The notes under the pieces are model-generated. The model had not been told where the DNA came from. It saw only the letters and a list, made by a program, of their open reading frames with translations, and ran no database searches. Of a DNA stretch of 32,000 nt, positions 8,493-15,231 are shown in pieces. The position numbers were made by a program, and so were the translations under genes. The stretch's first letter is position 1. Each line of letters begins with the position of its first letter. Origin of the DNA: Microbacterium phage Nicole72; sequence record OR159674.1; one strand, given 5' to 3'.

Positions 8493-8518
8493 CCTGTGGA
8501 GAACTCCTGTGGATAAGT
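8493..8518 (+). repeat. Tandem 13-nt repeat containing TGTGGATAA (DnaA-box-like)
   Basis: CCTGTGGAGAACT (8493-8505) followed directly by CCTGTGGATAAGT (8506-8518), 11/13 identical. Confidence 0.7.
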
Positions 8519-8892
8519 TCATCCGGCTCGCGCTCGTCGTGCTCGCCACCGCTCGCCTCATCCGGTTCGTCACCGAGGACAGCCTCGGCCTGTGGACGGT
8601 CGTGGAGCCCGTGCGGCGCTGGGCCAACCGTCACGACCAGGCCGACATCCATCCCGACTCGCTCGCGGCCTACGAGGAGCCCGACCCCTACGCGGGGTGG
8701 CGCTCCAAGGTCGCGAGCGGAATCGACTGCCGCTGGTGCGTGGGCTTCTGGATCGGCGTGCTCGTGCTCGTCGGAGAGGTCACGCTGGGCCGCATCCCGG
8801 GCGTGCGGCACGTGTGGCGCTTCGGCCTCGCGACGCTCGCGCTGAACAGCGTCGCGAACGGCGTGGGCAAGGGCATCCACACGCTCTCTTGA
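8509..8892 (+). CDS. DUF1360-like small membrane protein
   Basis: ALVVLATARLIRFVTEDSLG...CRWCVGFWIGVLVLVGEV; GTG start with GGAG at 8498-8501. Confidence 0.6.
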   Translation: MDKFIRLALVVLATARLIRFVTEDSLGLWTVVEPVRRWANRHDQADIHPDSLAAYEEPDPYAGWRSKVASGIDCRWCVGFWIGVLVLVGEVTLGRIPGVRHVWRFGLATLALNSVANGVGKGIHTLS

Positions 8893-8905
8893 CTCAGGTG
8901 GGACA

Positions 8906-10651
8906 ATGGCGTCCATGAGCGACCGCCAGTACATCGACATCCCCCTCGGCCCGTCGCCCAGCGACCTTCCCTCCGTAGGCGCGCTGGAGCCGCGCGTCCC
9001 CGAGCCCACGAGTGCTCCCGCCGCGCCGTCGCGGAACAGCCTCACCGCCGCCGCGGTGCGCCTGACGACGGCGACCATCGGCAAGCGCGCGACGCGACAG
9101 CGCACGGGCAACGACAACTGGCAGGAGGACGCCTGGGAGATGTATGACCTGGTGGGCGAACTCAGGTTCATCGTGAACCTGCTCGCCAACCAGATGTCCA
9201 AGGCCCGCTTCTACGTTGGCACCATCGCTGACAACCCGACAGACGCGCCTGTGCCGTCCGATGACGAGGTGCTCAAGGGAGCGCTGGAGGCCATCGGTGA
9301 CGGGCCGACCGGCTTCATCCAACTCATCAAGCGCCTCGGCGTGAACCTCCAGGTACCCGGTGACGGCTGGCTCGTCGGCATCCCGGAGTGGATGGAGCCC
9401 GGGAGCAAGATCGATCAGCCGCCCGAGGGAACGCCGGTCAACCTGGACGACCTCATGTGGCACTCGCTGAGCGTGACCGAGGTGGAGCAGGACGGCGACG
9501 AACTCACGCTCAGCCTGGGCGAGCTCCGCGAGGAGAAGGTCACGGCCAAGGCGGACGACATCTACGCGATCCGCGTGTGGGATCCGCACCCGCGCCGCTT
9601 CTGGGAGGCCGACAGCGCGACGCGCTCGAACCTCCCCGTGCTCCGCGAACTCGTCGGCCTGACCATGCACATCAGCGCGCAGATCGACAGCCGCCTCGCG
9701 GGCGCTGGCGTGCTCCTCGCTCCTTCGAGCGCCGCCGCCGCTGTGAAGCGCATGATGAACCTGCCCGAGGACGGCGAGGAAGACCCGTTCACCGACTCGC
9801 TCATCAAGGCGATGATGACGCCGATTCAGGATCGGTCGAACGCGAGCGCCTACGTGCCGCTCGTGTGGACGGTGCCCGACGAGTCGGAGCCGCACTTCCG
9901 CTTCATGTCGTTCGCGAAGGAACTCGACGCGCAGGCCAAGGACATGCGCGACGAGGCGATCCGCCGATTCGCGCTCGGGGCCGACGCGCCCGCCGACCTC
10001 CTCCTCGGCGTGAGCGGCATGAACCACTGGGGCGCGTGGCTCGTGCAGGAGGACACGGTGCACGCGCACCTGGAGCCGCCCATCGCGCTCGTCGCTGACG
10101 CGCTGACCGTCCAGTACATCCGCCCCATCATGCGCGAACTCGCTCGGAGCGGCGCGGCGGCGTACACGGACGAGGTGATCGAGAACACGCTCATCTGGTA
10201 CGAGGTCGATCACCTCATCGTCAAGGCGAACGCGCGCGAGGACGCCGACAAGGCGCACGCCGCGGGCGTCATCAGCGACGACGCCTACCGCGAGGCGCTG
10301 GGCTTCGACAGCGACGACGCGCCGCCCGCTCCCGCCAGCGTGGACGTGGCAGTCCAGACGGCGCTCGACATGGTGAAGCAGGCTCCGTCGCTCGCGCAAG
10401 ACCCGGGCCTCCCCGCGCTCGTGGATCAGATCAGGCAGGTGCTCAGCGGAGCGCCCGCCGCCGAACCCGACGACAGCGTGGAGCCCGTGGACAGCGCCGC
10501 CGAGGCCGAGGACATCGAGGAAGCCGACCGCGCCGCTGGAGGCCCGCCGACGCCGAACGACACGGTGCCCGACGACATCGCCGCGAGCGCCGCGCCGCGC
10601 CGCTCGGTGCGCTCGTCGCTCAAGGCTCCGGCTCTGGCGGGCTCGCGGTGA
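8906..10651 (+). CDS. Portal protein
   Basis: 581 aa located between terminase and the MuF-like gene. Composition and segments such as RFIVNLLANQMSKARFYVG, RVWDPHPRRFWEADS and LVDQIRQVLSG fit actinophage portals. Confidence 0.85.
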   Translation: MASMSDRQYIDIPLGPSPSDLPSVGALEPRVPEPTSAPAAPSRNSLTAAAVRLTTATIGKRATRQRTGNDNWQEDAWEMYDLVGELRFIVNLLANQMSKARFYVGTIADNPTDAPVPSDDEVLKGALEAIGDGPTGFIQLIKRLGVNLQVPGDGWLVGIPEWMEPGSKIDQPPEGTPVNLDDLMWHSLSVTEVEQDGDELTLSLGELREEKVTAKADDIYAIRVWDPHPRRFWEADSATRSNLPVLRELVGLTMHISAQIDSRLAGAGVLLAPSSAAAAVKRMMNLPEDGEEDPFTDSLIKAMMTPIQDRSNASAYVPLVWTVPDESEPHFRFMSFAKELDAQAKDMRDEAIRRFALGADAPADLLLGVSGMNHWGAWLVQEDTVHAHLEPPIALVADALTVQYIRPIMRELARSGAAAYTDEVIENTLIWYEVDHLIVKANAREDADKAHAAGVISDDAYREALGFDSDDAPPAPASVDVAVQTALDMVKQAPSLAQDPGLPALVDQIRQVLSGAPAAEPDDSVEPVDSAAEAEDIEEADRAAGGPPTPNDTVPDDIAASAAPRRSVRSSLKAPALAGSR

Positions 10652-11094
10652 GCGGCATCCCGACGCCGTGCCCGTGCTGTGGCGCGTACTCGCTCGCGCC
10701 CGACGTGCGCACGACGACCCTCGTGGCCGTCGCGGACGTGCTCGTCGTGAAGGGGCTGGAGCGTGTGGGCGCGTTCCTCCTGCGCGGCAATCGCTCGCGC
10801 TTCCTCCAGGCACGCGAGACGCCGATGCACGAGGTGCACACCATCTGGAGCGCGCCCGACGAACTCACGGCCAAGGCGCTCCGAGGAGCGTGGGACGTGG
10901 TGCCCGCGCTCGTGGACTCGCACGGATGCTGTGATGTGCCCAGCGATGCCGTCGTGCGCATGCTGGACGACTACGTGCACGATCTGGTCATCACCGGCAC
11001 CCGCCACACGCTCGACGGCGATGGCGGGCTGACGTATCGCTTCGAGAGCCGCCTCGGGCTCGTCCTGCCGCACCCGGAGCACGCTCATGGCTGA
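10648..11094 (+). CDS. Hypothetical protein with N-terminal Cys cluster
   Basis: GTG start overlapping the portal stop; MSGIPTPCPCCGAYSLAPDVRTTTLVAVADVLVV... Confidence 0.6.
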   Translation: MSGIPTPCPCCGAYSLAPDVRTTTLVAVADVLVVKGLERVGAFLLRGNRSRFLQARETPMHEVHTIWSAPDELTAKALRGAWDVVPALVDSHGCCDVPSDAVVRMLDDYVHDLVITGTRHTLDGDGGLTYRFESRLGLVLPHPEHAHG

Positions 11095-11167
11095 CGTGCC
11101 GTACTACCGACCCGACGAGGTGCAGGCGCTCGTGGAGGCCCGACACCTGGAGGACGACGATGCCTGA
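11087..11167 (+). CDS. Possible micro-ORF (26 aa)
   Basis: MADVPYYRPDEVQALVEARHLEDDDA; overlaps both neighbours in coupled fashion. Not in the supplied ORF track. Confidence 0.35.
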   Translation: MADVPYYRPDEVQALVEARHLEDDDA

Positions 11168-11960
11168 CGTGAGGAGCGCCGGAGCCGCATTCCGGCGACA
11201 GGCCAAGAACGAGGCGCGCGTGGAGCGCGTGCTCATGGGCCAGACGAGGCTCTTTCTCGCGGATGTCGAGGCGACGGTGAACCGCGATGGCGCGTACACG
11301 AGCCCCATGCAGGTCGCCAACGCATGGGCCGAGCGCATGAGCGCCGACGCGCTGGAGGCCCGCGGGCTGTCGCGCGACATCGCGGAGTATGTCGCGAGCC
11401 GCCAGGCTGAGAGCGTCGCGCCGGATGACGCCTACGACACGGCGATGGCTGTCGTCACCGCCTCACAGGAGGGCGTGTGGGCCGCTGAGTTGACCCGTGA
11501 CGTGCTCGCGCTCGCGCTCAGCATGGACACCCCTCCCCAGGTGCTCCAGGCGGCGGCTCCGCGCCGTGACTCGAAGCGTGGCCGCGCGATGCAGGCCGCG
11601 TTCGACAAGGCGCTGGGAGCGCGCCCGGGAGGCGTGTCGTGGACGGCGGCTGTGAAGCGCGACGCGCGAACGGCGGTGACGGGCCTGGATGGCGTCATCA
11701 GCACGGCCCAGATGCGCGCCGAGGGCGTGCCGTTCAAGCAGTGGGTCACGCGCCGCGACGAGCGCGTGCGGCATGCTCACGCCGCGGCGGACGGTCAGCG
11801 CGTGCCTGTCGGTGAGCCGTTCATGATCGGCGGCTACCCCGCCATGCACCCGGGCGACCGCAACCTCCCGGCGTCGCTGTCGATCAACTGCCGATGCGTC
11901 ACCATCGGCGCTGACCAGCCCGCGCGCGGCTCGACAGCCCTCCCGTTCCTCGCGCCGTAA
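11160..11960 (+). CDS. Head morphogenesis protein, MuF/SPP1 gp7-like
   Basis: C-terminal pattern KQWVTRRDERVRHAHAAADGQRVPVGEPFMIGGYPAMHPGDRNLPASLSINCRCVTI is characteristic of the MuF family. Confidence 0.82.
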   Translation: MPDVRSAGAAFRRQAKNEARVERVLMGQTRLFLADVEATVNRDGAYTSPMQVANAWAERMSADALEARGLSRDIAEYVASRQAESVAPDDAYDTAMAVVTASQEGVWAAELTRDVLALALSMDTPPQVLQAAAPRRDSKRGRAMQAAFDKALGARPGGVSWTAAVKRDARTAVTGLDGVISTAQMRAEGVPFKQWVTRRDERVRHAHAAADGQRVPVGEPFMIGGYPAMHPGDRNLPASLSINCRCVTIGADQPARGSTALPFLAP

Positions 11961-12037
11961 CGCCGTGTTGCCCATGTCCCCACGCCCGTCTTAGGCTTGT
12001 GTATGTCAGGCACACAACCACACAGAAAGGCACTGAC

Positions 12038-12442
12038 ATGACCACGACGTACCCCTTCACCAACCGCAAGGACGCCATCCGCTTCATCAAGGCGCAGGGT
12101 GGCCCCATCGAGACGGAACTCATCGAGCACGGACGCGGCAAGTACGAGGTCGTCGTCACAAGCGCCGACGCTGAGCCCGCCGACGAGTGGGTCGAACTCA
12201 GCGACGACGAGGTGACCGACATGAGCGAGGCGTTCGCCGCCGACGCTGAGGAGGACGACGCGCTCGCGGCGCTCGCCGCCATCGTCGCCCACAAGGACGA
12301 CAAGGGCGAGCGGAACGCGCTCATCCTCGCGGCGCTCGACGCCGAGACGCTGACCGCCAAGCGCATCGCGGAGGCGCTGGGCATCGAGGCGCGCGCCGTC
12401 CGCGAGGCCGCTGACCGCCTCCGCGTTCGCCAGGCGGCGTGA
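12038..12442 (+). CDS. Hypothetical protein with helix-turn-helix-like C-terminus
   Basis: MTTTYPFTNRKDAIRFIKAQGGPIET...LTAKRIAEALGIEARAVREAADRLRV; SD-like AGAAAGG upstream. Confidence 0.65.
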   Translation: MTTTYPFTNRKDAIRFIKAQGGPIETELIEHGRGKYEVVVTSADAEPADEWVELSDDEVTDMSEAFAADAEEDDALAALAAIVAHKDDKGERNALILAALDAETLTAKRIAEALGIEARAVREAADRLRVRQAA

Positions 12443-12453
12443 CGGATGCGGCT

Positions 12454-12477
12454 CGCGCCCAGCACCCGCTGGGCGCG
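12454..12477 (+). other. GC-rich hairpin in the 12443-12538 intergenic gap
   Basis: CGCGCCCAG-CACCCG-CTGGGCGCG, perfect 9-bp stem with 6-nt loop. Confidence 0.6.
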
Positions 12478-12538
12478 GGTCGGGCTCGTCAGGCCCACCG
12501 AGCAGGCAACCGGCTCGGCCCACACAGAAAGGCAGATC

Positions 12539-12715
12539 ATGGCCAAGAAGAACGAACCCTACGAGGTGAAGCGCGTTGCCACCGGCTACACCAACCGGAA
12601 GGTCGCGCGCCTCGTCAAGAAGGGCTGGGAGGTCGTCGCTCAGCGCGGCGGCGTACTCGGCTCCGCTGGCGAGGTCACGCTCCGTCGCCCGAACCCGCGC
12701 TATCGGGGAGAGTGA
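12539..12715 (+). CDS. Small hypothetical basic protein
   Basis: MAKKNEPYEVKRVATGYTNRKVARLVKKGWEVVAQRGG...; SD-like AGAAAGG upstream. Confidence 0.6.
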   Translation: MAKKNEPYEVKRVATGYTNRKVARLVKKGWEVVAQRGGVLGSAGEVTLRRPNPRYRGE

Positions 12716-12716
12716 C

Positions 12717-13145
12717 ATGCGCACCATCACCATCACCCTCACGCCCCAGGCTGACGACGTGACGTGGGCCGACGTGCGCGATGCCGTCAACCAGACCACG
12801 CCCGCGATGCGCTCCCTCCCCGTCAACAGCGAGTGGAGCGGCGACGTGGACACGTACTCGTGCGGGCTCCGCGTCCAGGTCGCTGTGCGCGACGGCGACG
12901 CGCTCGACCCGGCCACGAGCGACCTCGACACGCTCGACACGCTCATGGAGGCGCTGGAGGACGTGCGCACGATCTACACGCACCTGCGGCTCCAGGAGGG
13001 CGTGCTCGCGGATGCTGTCAAGGCGGGCGACGACGCCCAGGCCGAGTTCAGCCAGGGCCGCATCGGTCGTCACACCGTCGAACTCGCCAAGGCGCAGGAG
13101 CGTCTGGAAGCGGCTCAGGCCGCGCACAAGGCCGCGCACCCGTAG
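12717..13145 (+). CDS. Hypothetical protein
   Basis: MRTITITLTPQADDVTWADVRDAVNQTTPAMRSLPVNSEWSGDVDTYSCGLRVQVAVRDGD...; ATG directly after the upstream gene. Confidence 0.65.
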   Translation: MRTITITLTPQADDVTWADVRDAVNQTTPAMRSLPVNSEWSGDVDTYSCGLRVQVAVRDGDALDPATSDLDTLDTLMEALEDVRTIYTHLRLQEGVLADAVKAGDDAQAEFSQGRIGRHTVELAKAQERLEAAQAAHKAAHP

Positions 13146-13164
13146 GCTGTCACCGAGCGCACAG

Positions 13165-13207
13165 CGACGCCCCCGGACTCCCCCATGAGGAGCACCCGGG
13201 GGCGTCG
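13165..13207 (+). terminator. Putative intrinsic-type hairpin terminator
   Basis: Perfect 12-bp inverted repeat CGACGCCCCCGG (13165-13176)/CCGGGGGCGTCG (13196-13207), 20 nt after the stop at 13145. No U-tract. Confidence 0.6.
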
Positions 13208-13326
13208 TCGCGCTCGCGTAGTTGCCGGTTCCGAACCGTGGGCTGGGCATCGTCGGCTGGCGCACGAGCACACCAACTCGTGAGGGGTGCGAGCCGATCA
13301 TCCTATGCCGTTGTCGTCGTGGGCGC

Positions 13327-13332
13327 TACTCT
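13327..13332 (+). promoter_or_regulatory. Candidate -10 element (TACTCT) of a leaderless promoter
   Basis: GGGCGCTACTCTGAACCC-ATG: TANNNT hexamer exactly 6 nt before the protease ATG, no Shine-Dalgarno. The same arrangement occurs at 21478. Confidence 0.45.
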
Positions 13333-13338
13333 GAACCC

Positions 13339-14817
13339 ATGAACGCATTCGACCGCATCCGCTCCGCTGACGCCCAGCGGCGCGTCCAGGCCGACGTGCG
13401 CGCGCTCGTCGCGTACTCGGCGCTCGCCGTTGCCGAGCCCGAGACGGAGGCCGACGCTCTGCCGACGACCGCCCGCTGGGCTGGCCCGATTGGCATGGAG
13501 GACGAACTGACCGGCGACGGTCGCGCCATCGAAGGCGGAGCGCTGTCGTGGGACGTGTCGCCCGAGAACCCCGCTCCGATGCGGTTCGTCCGCTCCGACG
13601 TGGGCCTGCACGACGGCGCTGTGGTCGTCGGCAACATCGAGTCGATCAGCCGTCGCGACGGCGGCGTCATCTGGGGCGAAGGCGACTTCGACATGGCGAG
13701 CGAGGAGGGCCGCGAGGCGTTCCGGCTCGTCAAGGAGCGCCGCCAGAACGGCGTGAGCATGGACCTCGATGACGTGTCGTTCGAGATTCGCATCGCCTCG
13801 GAACTCATGGAGTCGGGCATGGGCCTCGACGCGCTGTTCATGGGCGACGAGGAGGGCGAGGAGATGCCCACGAACGACGACGGCACCATCACCGTCGCCA
13901 CGATCAACTCCGACGACGAGGTGATGCTGACGACCGGCGCTCGCGTGCGCGCGGCCACCATCGTCGCCGTGCCCGCGTTCGCCAACGCTCGCATCGACAT
14001 CGTGGAGGCGAGCGCTGACGACGACGAGGACGTGGACGCGACGCCTCCGGGCTCCGACGAACTCGCCGCGATCCGCGCTGGCGGGTTCCCTGTCGCGCCT
14101 CCGCGCGAATGGTTCACCGATCAGCACCTCAGCGGCCCGACGCCCCTCACCGTGACGAAGGACGGCCACGTGTTCGGCCACCTCGCGCTGTGGGGCACCT
14201 GCCACGCCTCGCACACCGCGGGCGGCAACTGCGTAACGCCGCCGAACAGCGCGACGGACTACGCCCACTTCCACACGGGCGCGCTCGTGCTCAGCGACGG
14301 CTCCGAGATTGCCGTGGGCCACCTGACGATGGGCACCGGCCACGCCTCGGAGACGATGAGCGCCGCCGAGACGGCGCGGCACTACGACAACACGGGCTCC
14401 GTGGCGGCTGACGTGCGCGCCTACGAGGACGGGTTCGGCATCGCGGTCACGGGCGGCATGCGTCCCGGCCTGTCGGACACGCAGGTACGCGAGTTCCGTG
14501 CGGCTCCGCTGTCGGGTGATTGGCGGCGCGTGGGCACGGCGCTGGAACTCCACGCCGCGCTGAGCGTCAACGTCCCTGGCTTCGGCGTCCCGCGCCCCGC
14601 TGGCCTCGTCGCTGGCGGCAACCTCCAGTCGCTCGTCGCGTCGGGCATCGTCGTCAAGGTCGATGAGCGCTCGGTGTCGGGCCTGTCCGACCAGGACGTG
14701 CGCTACCTCCGTTCGTTCATCGCCCGCGAGCGTCGCGGGGAACTCGACGCGCTGGCCGCGCGTCGCAACCGAGTCCGAGTGGCCGCATTCGCGCGCCGCC
14801 GCAACAAGAAGGGATGA
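13339..14817 (+). CDS. Capsid maturation protease
   Basis: Position between MuF and major capsid genes; prohead-protease-like tract GVSMDLDDVSFEIR...RVRAATIVAVPAFANARIDIV; a His-rich C-terminal part (GHLALWGTCHASHTAGGNC). Confidence 0.75.
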   Translation: MNAFDRIRSADAQRRVQADVRALVAYSALAVAEPETEADALPTTARWAGPIGMEDELTGDGRAIEGGALSWDVSPENPAPMRFVRSDVGLHDGAVVVGNIESISRRDGGVIWGEGDFDMASEEGREAFRLVKERRQNGVSMDLDDVSFEIRIASELMESGMGLDALFMGDEEGEEMPTNDDGTITVATINSDDEVMLTTGARVRAATIVAVPAFANARIDIVEASADDDEDVDATPPGSDELAAIRAGGFPVAPPREWFTDQHLSGPTPLTVTKDGHVFGHLALWGTCHASHTAGGNCVTPPNSATDYAHFHTGALVLSDGSEIAVGHLTMGTGHASETMSAAETARHYDNTGSVAADVRAYEDGFGIAVTGGMRPGLSDTQVREFRAAPLSGDWRRVGTALELHAALSVNVPGFGVPRPAGLVAGGNLQSLVASGIVVKVDERSVSGLSDQDVRYLRSFIARERRGELDALAARRNRVRVAAFARRRNKKG

Positions 14818-14823
14818 CACCAC

Positions 14824-15069
14824 ATGGCCTGTGGATGCAACAAGGGCAAGACCGACAGCCAGGCGGCGCGCACCCAGCGCGCCCAGGACAACGCGGCCAG
14901 GCGACAGCCTGAGCCCGCGCCGCAGATGCAGGGCGCTCGTGCTCGCACGGTGCCCGTGATGCAGGGAGGCCAGCAGTCGTTCAGCCTCCAGAGTGGCGAC
15001 AAGACGGCCCGCTTCGGCTCGGCGCTGGAGCGCGACGCCGCCCAGGCTCGGCTCCGTAGCCGGGTCTGA
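14824..15069 (+). CDS. Small hypothetical protein
   Basis: MACGCNKGKTDSQAARTQRAQDNAARRQPEPAPQMQG...; between the protease and capsid genes. Confidence 0.6.
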   Translation: MACGCNKGKTDSQAARTQRAQDNAARRQPEPAPQMQGARARTVPVMQGGQQSFSLQSGDKTARFGSALERDAAQARLRSRV

Positions 15070-15083
15070 TCGACCGCCTCGAC

Positions 15084-15116
15084 ACGCCCCGCGACACTTC
15101 GGTGCTCGCGGGGCGT
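15084..15116 (+). terminator. Putative terminator hairpin with UUCG tetraloop
   Basis: ACGCCCCGCGA/TCGCGGGGCGT 11-bp stem enclosing CAC-TTCG-GTG with a single bulged C. Confidence 0.55.
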
Positions 15117-15122
15117 CGTCAT

Positions 15123-15141
15123 GTGGTGCTACAGTCACCAC
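15123..15141 (+). promoter_or_regulatory. Candidate capsid-gene promoter overlapped by an inverted repeat
   Basis: GTGGTG-CTACAGT-CACCAC: 6-bp inverted repeat flanking a TANNNT hexamer (TACAGT, 15130-15135). Shares GTGCTAC with the 21478 element. Confidence 0.35.
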
Positions 15142-15231
15142 TGCACACCCGGTTCGCCGGGACACCGGCTGGCGGGTGCACTCGGGCCGCGGTGATCGAA
15201 CCTCTGTTCTCACCGACCTTTGGAGCCCGAC

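Noticed and set aside
8894-10813. 639-aa minus-strand ORF opposite the portal gene
   Set aside because: Shadow frame of a well-supported portal gene, with unnatural Arg/His-rich composition.
13226-13238. CGGTT-CCG-AACCG inverted repeat, considered as a tRNA T-arm or operator
   Set aside because: No cloverleaf could be built around it and a 5-bp repeat is expected by chance.
13222-13338. Upstream extension of the protease ORF (MPVPNRGLGIVGWRTSTPT...)
   Set aside because: It covers the intergenic gap right after a hairpin, contains no obvious SD and looks non-coding. The ATG at 13339 is preferred.
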